Assembly: GCA_963845755.1 (NCBI GenBank)
Contig: CAWJTV010000020.1
Coordinates: forward strand, 64,001-128,000
Length of the DNA: 64,000 bases
Origin: an uncultured Planctomycetota bacterium
GTDB taxonomy: Bacteria > Planctomycetota > Planctomycetia > Isosphaerales > Isosphaeraceae
Reading direction: 5' to 3'
Under the pieces are notes generated by a model that ran no database searches, was not told the origin of the DNA, and was given only the letters and a program-made list of their open reading frames with translations. The position numbers and the translations under genes were made by a program. Of the stretch, positions 21,894-33,927 are shown one piece after another; within the stretch, counting starts at the first letter, position 1, and every line of letters begins with the position of its first letter.

Positions 21894-24800
21894 ATGATTC
21901 GCCGCTCTGCGCAGTCCGAGATCCGTCAGCGTGGTCGATTCCGTCTCCGCCAGAAGTCGAGGGTTCGCCGGCTGTTCTTCGAGTCGCTGGAAGACCGGAC
22001 GATGCTGGATTCCGGCGGACTGCCGGCCACGATCGTGGTGGGTCGGACGCTGGCGACGCCGTCGACGGCGGCCTCGGAGACGACTACGCCCTCGTATTTC
22101 GTCGGCGAGGTGCAGAACAACCAGGTTACGATCACGTACACGGTCTACAACGAGCAGGCCGACCCGGAGACCGGCGTCTTGCTGACGACGACGCTCGCCC
22201 ACGGCGTGACGATGGCGAGTGCCTCGCAGCAGCCGGATCAGAGCGGTCAAAACCTGGCCTGGGGCCTGGGGACGATCCAGGGCTACGACCGCGTTAGCGT
22301 GTCGATCACCGTGAACGTCTCGGCGCTGAGCACCACCGCGCCGACTCCGCTCGACACCGGCGCCTCGGCTTACGCCATGCTCGACGCCGGCGCCGTGTCG
22401 GCCACCACGCCCGCGGCGACGGTCCAGCCGGGGATCGTCTCCGACCCCAGCCTGTTGGCCGCGACACTTGATGCCGACACGAACGATCCGTTCATCCAGG
22501 AAGAGGCGGCGGCACTCAACTACGACCCGACGCAGATCTTCAGTTTCCTGCACACGCAGGTCGGCTACAACTCGTACCTGGGCTCGGTCCGCGGCGCGCG
22601 GGGGACGCTCTGGTCGAACGCCGGCAATGCGCTCGACGTCGCCAGCCTGGGCGTGGCCTTGATGCGCGCTTCGGGCATCCCGGCGCAGTACGTCTCGGGG
22701 ACGCTCTCCCAGAGCCAGGCCCAGACCTTGATCCTCTCGATGTTCCCGGTCAGCTATCAGACGGTCGGCTACATCCCGCCCGGCACGCAGACCTCCGACC
22801 CGGCCAACGACCCGCAACTCCTGTCCGAGACCGAGTCGCATGACTGGTTCCAGTTCGACACCGGTAGCGGTATGACCGACGCCGACCCGCTCCTGCCCGG
22901 CGCCACGATCGGCCAGACGTTCACGACGTCGACCGGCACGTTCGCGGCTGTGCCCGCCGATCTAGAGGAGACGACCAGGGTCCAGCTCGTCGCGGAGATT
23001 ACCAACATCGCCGGTGCGCTGTTCGGGCTGGGGGGGCAACAGGACACGACGGTCCTCGATCAGACGTTCAATGACGTGCAGCTCGTCGGGCGCCCGCTGA
23101 CGATCGGCAACAACGTCAGCTCCAACTCGACGAGCGCTCTTGCGTTCACATCCACTGTGAACACCTATACGCCGTACATCGACGTCGGTGACGACGCTTA
23201 CGACGCCTCCGGCGACCAGGTCATCCCGGGCCAGACCTACCAAGAGGTCCTGACCAACTTCCCATTTGGCAGCCAGATCCTGACGGGGCTGTTCCTCAAC
23301 GTAATCCTCAGCGGCCCGCAGGGCCCGACGCAGACATTCAGCCGGATGTTGGTAGATCGGCTCGGACCGGCCGCTCGGGCAGGTTTGCAGGCACCGAATC
23401 TCTCGATCCCGCCGGGCGCCCCGCCGATCCTATCCAATTTCGACGTCTTCACACTCGACGTCTCCGCGGCGTTCAACGACCCGATGCCCTTGGCTGAGCT
23501 CGACCAGGAGCTCCAATCCAGCGCGGCCCAGGTGACCACGCTTCAGGCGTCACAGGCTACCGCTCTCACTTCGGCACCGTTCGTCCAGAACCTCGATTTG
23601 GGATTAACGCGGGAGCTCGATGATGACTTCCACGGTTTATCCGACCTGCACACTCAGGCCATCGCCAATTCGGCGGGCGTTGCCGCATACTTTGCCCGGC
23701 CGCGCGTCGTGATGATCTCCAACCAGATCACCACCGATCCGACCACCCAGGCTGCGTCGATGTCCGCCGCGATCGATATCCTCAATGATACGATGCGAGT
23801 TGAGGGCGAGCCCGATCAGAGCACTCTCGCGCTCTACACCTTCAACGTGGCCAGGGGTATCTACGAGAACGTTGCCGAGCGAGATGTGGTCACGCTCCTG
23901 GCGCCCGCCGTACAGACGCCGCAGGTGGATAATTCGACCGATGTCTTCGAGGCCGCGGCCTCTGAGGGGATCGGTCTCACGGTCGTCGCGACCGGCAACC
24001 TCTCCAGCCTGGCCGCGTTGAACATCTCGGCTGACGCCAAGGCCCTGATCACCGACGACGTCAACGAGGGTATGATCGTCATCGTGCCGGTGCAAGATGT
24101 CACGATCAACGGGACTCCAACGATCGCCTGGGCCGAGATCGACTCCAAGACCGATGAATACATCGGTGTCGATTCGAATGGCGGACATCAAGGGCTGTTC
24201 GAATTCTTGGCATTGGAGTTCGAGGCGTTTCATTCGGAGCTCACCCTACTGACCACGCTGGGAACACCGCTCGTGGCGTTCGACACCGGAGCCGTCCTGA
24301 GTGTGAGCTACGAACTCAACACCCTTACGGGAAGCAAGGAGCAAGCAGAAGTCCTGCTGCAGGCCGACAAGGTGCAAGCCGAGCACTTGTTCTCCCAGGT
24401 CGAGTGGGGGGTTCTTCTATCGGGAGTCGCGGCCACGGTCGCCATCGCGGGTATCTTCGGGGAGGTCAACCCGGCTTCTGTCGCGGAGATTGCCATCGAC
24501 TACGCAAATATTGCAAATCATACTTTCCAGAAATCTCTTGACTATGTGGTCCGCGCGATTACGGGCGAAGATCCGCCGCTAGGCCCGATCCTCTCGAACC
24601 CGCAGCCCCTCGCGGCTCTTCCAGCGTACCAGGCCCACGGGACGGCACAAATGCCGAGCGTGGCCGCCCCGGGCACGACCCAGGCGAGCCTGAAGACGTC
24701 GGACTTGTCGGTATCGGGCCAGATAGTCGCCTCGTGGTCTTCCGGCGCGTCGAACTCCTTCCACGCGATATCGCTCGATGCTCCGGCGGGCACGATCCTC

Positions 24801-27800
24801 TCCACAACCGGCAAGACGGTTGGCTCGGGCCAGGTCTCCCTTGCAACAACCGGTGCCGTGTCTCTCGCCATCACTGGAAAGGACCAATTTGCGCTAAATG
24901 GGACCGGCACTCTCTTTTACTTCGGCCCCTCCGAATCCAATCTCGGCGTAAGCGGCGACTGGCAGAACTACGGCGCGACCGTCACGGGGGAAGTCTCGAT
25001 CACGTTCACGGTATCCGCCGGAGCCCTCACGCTCAACGGCCAGGCCCTTCCGGCCGGGACGTACACGATCACGACGAATTCGGCCACCCTCTCGGGAAGC
25101 GGCACGACCTCATCGCCGACCTTCTCGAGCCACGCCGAGATCACCGCAACGAACGGCACGCTCAATCTCGGCCCGGGGAACGGCACGCTTTCCGTCGGCG
25201 GCAAGCCGCTCGATCCGAGCGACGAGACGACCCTGGACGGCTACAGCGGGACGATTGCCGTCTCGGCCAACGGCGACGGCACCGATTCGGTCTCGCTCAA
25301 CGGCAACGCGGGCAACGTGCTCCAGGTCACGACCACCCCGGCGTCGCTCACCACCGACCAGAACACGTCGGTCACGTTCGCGGCGAACGTCCAGACGAGC
25401 CTCGCCAATACCTATAACCTCACGGCCAACGCCCCGCCGGATTGGACAGTCACCATTGACAGCAAGGGCAACGTCACTGCGACGCCCGCGCCGGGGCTTC
25501 AGAGCGGCCCTTATCCGATCCAGATCATCGCCCAGTCGCAGACCGATTCCAACCTCGAAGCCCAGACGACCGTCGAGGTGACGATCACGCCGACGCAGCC
25601 CGGCATCCACTTCACCGTCGCGACCGACCCGCAGTTCACCGTGCCGTTCAACGGCGCACAGCTCCCCACGGCCTTCCGGGCCTCGATCCAGAACCTAGGC
25701 CCGGCGGCTGACACGTATAACCTCACGTTCTCGAACGTCCCCAGCGGATTCTCGATTCTCGATAGCGGCACGAGCGTCACGGTCCCGGCCGGAGCGACGG
25801 GGATACTCGGCGTCTACGTCGTGCCGAACACCGGCCAGCCGATCCCGCCACCGGGCACGCAGATCTCGTTCACCGTCACGGCGACCAGCACGACCGATTC
25901 CTCGATCATCCAGAGCCAGACCGAGACGTTCACCGTGCCGGACATCGACGCAGTTTCGCTGACCAGCTCGCCGACGTCGCTCAGCAGCACGCCCGGCACT
26001 CCGGCGACGGCCACGCTCACGCTCCAGAATGTCGGCAACGTCTCCGAAACCGTGACGCTCTCGGCAACCACTCCGACCGGGCTCACCGCCGGCAGCCTGG
26101 CGCCGGTCACGATTGCGCCCGGCGCGAGCCAGACCGAGACGCTCACGCTCACGCCCGATGCGTCGGCGACGCTGAACCAGACCCTCGCCACCACGATCAC
26201 TGCCAGCTTTGGACCGTCCTCGGCCCCCGTGACCACCACGGCCGAGGTCGATTTGCTCGTGCGCTCGGCGCAGACGGTCGCCGTCTCGCAGGCGGCCATC
26301 GCCGCCGGTTCAGCGAACAACTCCCAGCTCTCGTCGGTGCTCACCGACCTCGGGAACACCCTGGCATCGCTCCAGACCGCGACATCCCCAGTGCTGTTCA
26401 CCGAGGCGCAGAACGACCTCAACAACCTGAACAAGCTCCTGAACGCCGATCCCGCGCTCGCTTCGTTGGCCACCCAGCTACAGCCCATCATCAGGGCCGC
26501 GAACGCAGATAACCTCTCGGGTATGCTGTCAGGAACCACGAGCCTGTTCAACAGCGTCACCGGCGTGCTCAACCAGGAGGCGAGCGAGCAATTCACGGCG
26601 AGCCTGTCATCCAACGAGGTTGACGAGCAACCCGGCAACGGACAGACGCTTACCGTCACCTTGACCAACACGAGCCCCGACGCCGAGACCCTCAACCTCT
26701 CCGTAGGGAACCTGCCCAGCGGCGCGACGGTCCAGCTCGGCCAAAGCACCGTCTCGCTGGCGCCGGGGGCGTCGGCAACCGTCAGCGTTGCGCTCACGCA
26801 GAACATTCAATCGTCCACGGTCTTCACGCTCCAGGTCACCGCGGCGGCGAGCGTCGTGAGCCGCGTGACCTCCGCGGTCGTCTCGATTCGCCCCGCGATC
26901 GCCGATGTCCTGAGCGTGACCTCGACGCCCGCGATCATCAACCAAGGCGATCCATTCGCGGCGTCGGCCGAGATCTTCAACACCGCCAATGTCACGAGGA
27001 ACCTGTTCGCCCAGATCCAGATCCTCGACGCGGCCGGCGCCGTGGTCGCCACGCATCCGGACGTCCCGGTGAGCCTCATGCCAGGGGCCGGAGACCTCGA
27101 CCTCAACCTGGGGCAGATCGCGACGACCGGGCTGGCCGACGGGGTCTATACGCTCCAGGTGTCCTTGCTCACCAGCGTCGGGACTCCGTTACCGGGCCAG
27201 TCGTCGGAGACCGACTTCGAGATCGGCCAGCCGGTCACGGCATCGATCGCCGCAAGCTCGCCGATCGTCGCGCCGGGTAATTCCACCATCACGACGACGA
27301 TCAGCGTCACCGACACCAACGCCCCGACGGCGCCCGCATCCTCGTCCGCGTTCACCGTCGGCGACATCCAGGCCTTCTACCTCAGCAAGGAGGCGCAGAC
27401 CATCTTCGGCGTGGCCCCGGCCCACGGGGCCATCATCGTCATCGAAGACGGCTCCTCGACGCCGATCACCGATGGGGTCCTGACCGTCGACCCGCCTGGC
27501 GGGCCGGAGGATCAGTTCAACGTCGGCACCGTGCCGGCCGGCCAGCACGTGCTCATCGAGCCCGGCATCTCCAACGACGGCGGCACCGCCCACACCTTCT
27601 TCAAGGTCACGGGGACCCTGCTCGACGAGAGCAAGTTCGGACCGAACGGCAACGACGTCCAGTTCGAGTTCACGGGCACGCAGGGTACCGCGACGGTCAA
27701 CTCGGGCGTCTTCACGCCCGCGGCCACCGCCGGCCCCTCGACCGACGGCACCGTGCCGGACCTCAACTTCCTCGGCGGCCCCGGCGACCTCGAAGGGTCG

Positions 27801-30658
27801 CTCACCGACGGCTTCGGCCCGAAGGTCGTGGCCAGTCTCACCGCCACGCCCGCCGGCGGCAGCACCTCGCCGACGACCTTGCCGGTCGCCGTGGAGGTCG
27901 GATATGCGGACAACCTCCGCCCCAATCCCTACCTCCCCGACCCCTGGTTCAACTCGCCGAATGTGATCTTCGACGGCTACGAGTCCACCGCGTCGGGGGT
28001 CTACGATGGGGGGGCCATGCGGATCATCAATACGAGTGGCTCGGCCATCACGGTTAGCGACGTGACCGTCGCGTTCAGCAATGGCCGCGTCTTCCAGCTC
28101 TGGGGCACCAACACGGTTCCAACTGGCGATAGCCTCATCCTCACCGAGACGAGCCGGGGCAGAACTTCGACACCAGCGACTACGATATCACGCTCCCCTA
28201 CCCGCTGACGTACCCCGACGGCGAGACGCTCCATGCCGCGAAGATCGATTTCGACGTCAATGGCGTGCCGATGCCAACGTTCCTCGACACCGGCCACGTC
28301 CTGACGACGGGCGGCTCCGACCCCGGCGGTGCCGGAGTCAACGAGTCGCAGAACTGGCGGCCGATCGGCACGACGGGGATCACCAACCGCGAGGGTCTCA
28401 CCTCGGTGGTCTCGGTGACCCACGATCTGCCGGCCTCCGGGTACTCGGTCGATTCCACGTCGATCAGTCCCGCCACGACCAGCTCAACGGCGACTCAGCT
28501 CGTCTGGAACGCCACGGTCCTGCCGAACGGCGATTCGGGGCCAAGCACGTTCCAGCTCACGGGGACCGTCGCCGACATGAACCCCGGCGAAGTCCGCCAG
28601 ATCAGCACGGGGACCACCGTCGGCGCCGTCTACGCGACGCCGAGCGGCCAGCAGCTCACGGCCACCATCGCCTTGCCCCCGTTGACGGTCGCCGCCGAGC
28701 ACATCATCAGCCTGTCGCCCGGCACGCTGACTGCCGAGCTCGGCTCGCTGGCGACGTTCACAGTCCAGCTCACCAATCCCTACTCGACCGACGTGACCTA
28801 CGACCTCTCGACCGCGGGGCTCGACGGCTTCACCGTCGATCTCGCGTCCTCAGTCACGGTGCCGGCTGGCCAGACGGTGACGGCTCCGCTCAACGTGTCG
28901 GTCCCACTGACCGCGGCGGCCGATACGACCGGATTCGAGGTGCTCGCAACGACGACCGGCGGGGTGTCGGATTCGGTCGAAGGCGAGCTGACCGTCGCGC
29001 AGGAGGTCGCGCTGCAAACGTACGCCGTTTCATTGGGGATCTCTCCCACACAGGCCACTGCGGGTCAGGGCACTTCGGCACAATACGTGCTAACGGTCAC
29101 CAATGTCGGGGGCGTCGAGGACACCGATTCGCTGGCTGTGTCGGGGCTTCCTCAAGGCGTCACGGCGAACCTCGGCCAGGCGACCATCGACGTGCCACCA
29201 GGAGTGAGCAACTTCCGCGACGTGCCGCTGACCCTGAGCGTCTCCAAGGGAACCACGCCCGGCAGCTATCCGTTCACCGTGACAGCGACGTCCACCAGCG
29301 ACTCGACCGTGACCAGCACCACAAAGGGCACGCTCACCGTGACGGCGGGCGGCGTGCAGGTGGCGCTCAATCCACCCTCCGGCGCGCCGGGCAGCGGGTT
29401 CCAGGCGACGGTGACCAATACTGGAACGGTCACCGATAGCTATAACCTGGCCCTGGGCGGCCCGGCCGCCTTGGTCGCAAGCCTGGGGATGAATCGAGTG
29501 ACGCTGGCGCCGGGGGCCTCGCAGGTCGTGCCGATCAACACGGGGGCCATCAATTTCGCCGTGGAGGGCAGCCTGAACCTCATGGCCATGGCGACCTCGA
29601 CCAGCAACCCGGCGATTCAGAACGCCGCCTCGGCCAATCTGACGATTCCGGCGACGTCGGGGATGACGGCCGAGTTCAGCCCGAACACCCAGACGCTCTC
29701 CTCACCCAGCACGGCCACCTTCCTGTTGATGGTCCACAACACGGGCAATACCGAGGATTCTTATAGCGCGACAATCATGGGGGCCAATGGGCCGGTCGCG
29801 GCGACTCTCATTGGCCTTGACGGCTCGCCGACGCAATCGATCCCGATGTTCATCCTGCCGGGCCTGTCCACCGGCGCCATCGAGCTTCAGGTCGATCTCT
29901 CGGCCGTCGGTACGGGGACCGTCACGGTCGAGGTCAGGTCGCTGACCAGGAGCGAAACGGCAACGCCTGATGCCGTGACGATCCTCAATCCGTTGACTCC
30001 GCCACCGCCATCGCACACCGGAGGCCCACAGGTCGTCAAGGTTCAACGCTTTGGCTACCACGCGATGCCGACGATGCTCGTCCTGACGTTCAACCAGTCA
30101 CTCGACCCGGTGACGGCGGAGAATATCCACAATTACCGGATCGTCGGGTTACATGGGCGCCGGATCAAGATCCTGCGGGCCGTTTATGACGCGGCCCAAC
30201 AGACGGTGACGCTCCATCCCGCACAGCGGCTGAGCATCCATCATGCCTACGAGGTCACGGTGATCGGGACCGGCTTGAAAGGCCTGACGAACGCCCAGGG
30301 CCAGCCTCTCGACGCGACCGACGGCGGCCAACCCAGCGCGGATTATCATCTGAAGCTCACCTGGCGGGAACTGGTGCTCGGCCATGTGTCGCGCGCATTC
30401 TTGATCCGGGAGCATATCATCCGGACCGATCCCCGGGTGAAGGTGCATCGAAACGATCCCGCCGCGCCCAAGGTCCAAGTCCACAGCGCGAGCGTTCACC
30501 CACACGGTCCCATCGAGAGGCCGATCTCGTTTCCTCTTCACCATTCGGCCCGGAACTTGGGCCATGGTCGGTCGCCGCGACGGGTGCGCCGGGAGGCCGG
30601 GCTCGAAAGCCCGGGCACCCTTCGATCGGGACCTCCGCGTGATCGACGGACCGACTGA
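21894..30658 (+). CDS. giant (~2,900 aa) secreted surface protein: planctomycete extracellular signal, transglutaminase-like domain, hydrophobic helical segment, many Ig/NEW3/CARDB-like repeats, C-terminal Ig-like domain; frameshift near 28160
   Basis: RRLFFESLEDRTML; GNALDVASL..ALMRASGIPAQYVSG..H.W..DADP; repeated [LV]xNxG...DxYxL Thr/Ser-rich beta domains; ORFs 21723..28208 and 28265..30658 join. Confidence 0.85.
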
Positions 30659-30852
30659 ATTCAGGACTCCGATCGGCCGACTCCGACGGAACGCAAGCGG
30701 CAAGCGGGCAAACCTACCTGGAACAATGGCTCCGTGGTAGGATGGCTTTCCGCAAGACAGTCGGTGCCGTGCATTCGTCCTACGCGCGGTTTCGGTGCTC
30801 GGAGAGTGCCCTAACTTCTTCGATTGCGTTCCCAAACTGCGAGGGTCGGCTG

Positions 30853-31551
30853 ATGTCCGATCGCTTGACCATGCTAACGAAATCCGCGCCCAGCTCGCTG
30901 GTTGAGGGACAGCGCCTCGATCAGCCTACATTCCACGCTCTTTACGAAGCGATGCCGGCCGGAACGCGGGCCGAATTGATCGATGGAGTCGTCTATATGC
31001 CTAGCCCTCTGGGTCTTGAGCACGGAATCGCCCATGTTCCTGTGATCGTGTGGCTTGACTATTTTGCCGAACAGACCACTGGTGTCCAGGTGATGGACAA
31101 TGCTTCGACGATCCTCGGCTGGAGGGGCGAGCCGCAACCCGATGGACTGCTCCGCGTTCAGCCCGCGTTCGGCGGTCGGACCTGGGATGAGGACGGGTTC
31201 GTCAATGGGGCACCGGAACTCGTCGTTGAGGTATCCAAGACCAGCCGGTACGTCGATCTGGGGCCGAAGAAGGCCGACTATGAGCGGGCCGGGGTGCAGG
31301 AATACATCGTGCGCGCGATCGATCCGGACGAAATCTACTGGTTCACCCAGGAGCAGGGCGTGCTGGTGCAACGATCAATCGGAGCCGATGGACTCTTTCG
31401 TTCGACCACATTTCCGGGGCTCTGGCTCGATCCGGTAGCTCTCCTGCAAGGCGATCGGCGCAGGCTCCGTGCCGTAGTCGAGCTGGGCTGCGCCACGCCC
31501 GAGCACGCCGAGTTCGTCGCCAAACTGGCCGCGCGTCGTGATCCGTCCTGA
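30853..31551 (+). CDS. Uma2 family (PD-(D/E)XK) endonuclease
   Basis: RAELIDGVVYMPSP..H, EPQPD, GAPELVVEVS, K..DYERAGVQEYIV, FPGLWLD. Confidence 0.92.
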   Translation: MSDRLTMLTKSAPSSLVEGQRLDQPTFHALYEAMPAGTRAELIDGVVYMPSPLGLEHGIAHVPVIVWLDYFAEQTTGVQVMDNASTILGWRGEPQPDGLLRVQPAFGGRTWDEDGFVNGAPELVVEVSKTSRYVDLGPKKADYERAGVQEYIVRAIDPDEIYWFTQEQGVLVQRSIGADGLFRSTTFPGLWLDPVALLQGDRRRLRAVVELGCATPEHAEFVAKLAARRDPS

Positions 31552-31586
31552 ATCCCGCGTGGCGCCCCGTCGATGCGGGGTGACTC

Positions 31587-32965
31587 TCAGGAGTCCTCGG
31601 CCGCAACCCGATCGGTCCGGCAGGGCAGCTCGAGCGCGACGACCAGGCCGGGGTTGGCATTGAAGGCGGTGACGGTCCCCTGGTGCAGCTCGACGGCACG
31701 GCGGGCGATCGCGAGGCCCAGGCCGACACCTCCGCTGGAACGGTCGCGGTCTCCCTCGACGCGGAAGAACGGCTGGAAGATGTCGCTCAGCGCCTCCCGC
31801 GGCACGCCGGAGCCGTAGTCGCGCACCGAGAGCTCGACCTGGCCGTCGAGACAGACGACCGCGATATCGACCGTCGTGCCCGCCGGCGAGTGGCGGATCG
31901 CGTTGCGGAGGACGTTCTCACACGCGCGGCGGAGCAACTCGCGCTCGCCGGTGACGATCACCTCCCGATCGCCGCCGAGCAGCAACCGGCACCCCTGGGC
32001 ATCCGCCTCGAGGGTACAATCCGCGACGAGGTCTTGCATCAGGTCCACGAGGTCGACGTCCGACAGGTTCCGGGCACCCGGGTCCCCTTCGGCCCGCGTG
32101 AGCTGGAGCAGCTCGTTGACCAGGTGGTTGAGCCGGTTCGCCTCCTTGTGGATTCGTCCCAGGGCCGTCTCGTGGTCGGGGCTGGTCCTGGCCAGCTCCA
32201 CGGCGAAGCCCAGCCGGGCCAGCGGCGAACGCAGCTCGTGCGAGACGTCCTGGAGCAGCCGGCGCTCCGCCGAGAGGAGCGTGGCGATCTGGTCGGCCAT
32301 GCGGTTGAACGCCTGGGCCAGGTCGCCGATCTCGTCCCGGCGGGAGAGATGATACCGGACACTCAGGTCGCCGCGGCCGAATTTCTCCAGCACCCGGCGC
32401 AAGCCCCTCAGCGGCGAGGCCAGGTGGACCGCCAGCATGTAGCAAAGGATCCCGATCAAGACCGGAAGCCAGACGAAATAGGCGAGCGTGTCGGAGGTGC
32501 CGATTCGGGGCCGGGGCGGAAACACGGTGATCCATCGGTAGCGGCGGTCATTGGATGCCTGGACCGTCACCACCGGCACGTCCCGGGCCGGGACCGGTAA
32601 ACTCAGGAACCGCCAGGTCCGCGATCGGCGCGAGCGCATCCGCGACGTCCGGCGGGCCAGCAGGCCCGACCGATCCTCACCACTGACCAGGTCGATCCCG
32701 CGGCGTCGGTCAGATAGGATTCCGAGTCGGTGTACGACTTCAGGCGAGCCAGAAATGCGGCGAGCTGTGGCGGCCCTCCCTCCTCGAAGGCGCGGCGGGC
32801 ATCGTCGAGGAGCAGCCCCTGCAGCCGCGGGAACACCGGATCGCGGACCAGGAGCTGCTGGGAAAGCAGGACCGAGGTGGTCACGAATCCGACCAGCGAG
32901 AGGACGACCGTCACGGTGAACCAGACGACGATCTTGGTGAAGATCGACCGGACCCGGATCTTCAT
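31587..32965 (-). CDS. CpxA-like sensor histidine kinase (2 TM, HAMP, HisKA, HATPase); frameshift near 32700
   Basis: DEIGDLA.AFNRMA, LLQDVSHELRSPLARL, ENVLRNAIRH, DYGSGV, FFRVEGDRDRSSGGVGLGLAI. Confidence 0.92.
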
Positions 32966-33699
32966 GGGAGGGTCCCTTGGGGCTCATCCAGCTCAGCGGC
33001 GAAGAGATAGCCGACGCCCCGGATCGTGCGAATCAGGCCGCCCAGGGGACCCAATTTCCTCCGCAGGTGGCTCACATGCACGTCCAGCGAGCGATCCTGG
33101 GGCGAGGCGGGCCGACGATAGATCGCCGAGGACAGCTCGTTCCGGGAGATGATCCGGCCCGCCGAGCGAACGATCATCTCCAGGATGTCGAACTCGGTCG
33201 TGGTCACCTCCAACGGGCTGCCGGCACACCAGACCTCGCGCGTGCCCGGCACCAGCTTGACGCCATTGACATCGAGGACGTCCTGGCCGCCGTGCGCGAC
33301 TCGGCCGCTCCGGCGAAGCACGGCGCGGATGCGGGCGATCAATTCCTCCGGCTCGAACGGCTTCGGCAGGTAATCGTCGGCCCCCAGATCCAGGCCGGCG
33401 ACGCGGTCGGCTCGCGCCGTGCGGGCCGTCAGCATGATGATGGGGACCACGCTCCGCCGACGGACCTGCCTCAGCAGCTCGAACCCGTCCAGGCCCGGTA
33501 GCATCACATCCAGCAGGATCAGATCGTGTGCGCCGCCCAGCGCCCGCGCCAGTCCCAGGCGGCCGTCATGGATCGCCTCGACCGCGATGCCCCGCGTGGT
33601 GAAAAACTCGCGCATCAGCTCGCACAACTCCACGTCGTCTTCGATCAACAGGACCGAGATGTCTCGCTCGGCCTGGGCTGCTTTCGCTTCGGTGTTCAT
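32962..33699 (-). CDS. OmpR/CpxR-family response regulator
   Basis: LLIEDD, LLDVMLPGLDG, PIIMLTAR, GADDYLPKPF, DRSLDVHVSHLRRKL, IRTIRGVGY. Confidence 0.95.
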   Translation of the reverse strand: MNTEAKAAQAERDISVLLIEDDVELCELMREFFTTRGIAVEAIHDGRLGLARALGGAHDLILLDVMLPGLDGFELLRQVRRRSVVPIIMLTARTARADRVAGLDLGADDYLPKPFEPEELIARIRAVLRRSGRVAHGGQDVLDVNGVKLVPGTREVWCAGSPLEVTTTEFDILEMIVRSAGRIISRNELSSAIYRRPASPQDRSLDVHVSHLRRKLGPLGGLIRTIRGVGYLFAAELDEPQGTLP

Positions 33700-33927
33700 C
33701 AGGCTAACAAGCTCATACCGAGAAAGAAACTCTGTGTCGCTCCGTCTTCCCGCGTCGCCAGCGCGGCCGACCCGTGCCGGAAGTGTCGGCCGGCCGACCG
33801 GTTCGGGAGGTCCCCGGGCCAACCCCCGGCCGACCGTCGCGACGGTCGGCGAGGAGCCGGCCGAAGAGATCCACATTCCGATCCCTCGTGCCGCCTCCCC
33901 GCAGGGTTGACCGTCCCATAATACTAC

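Noticed and set aside
30853..31551. Uma2 as the immunity or toxin partner of the giant protein
   Set aside because: Uma2 genes are abundant and scattered in Planctomycetes; this one is ~200 bp away with no translational coupling.
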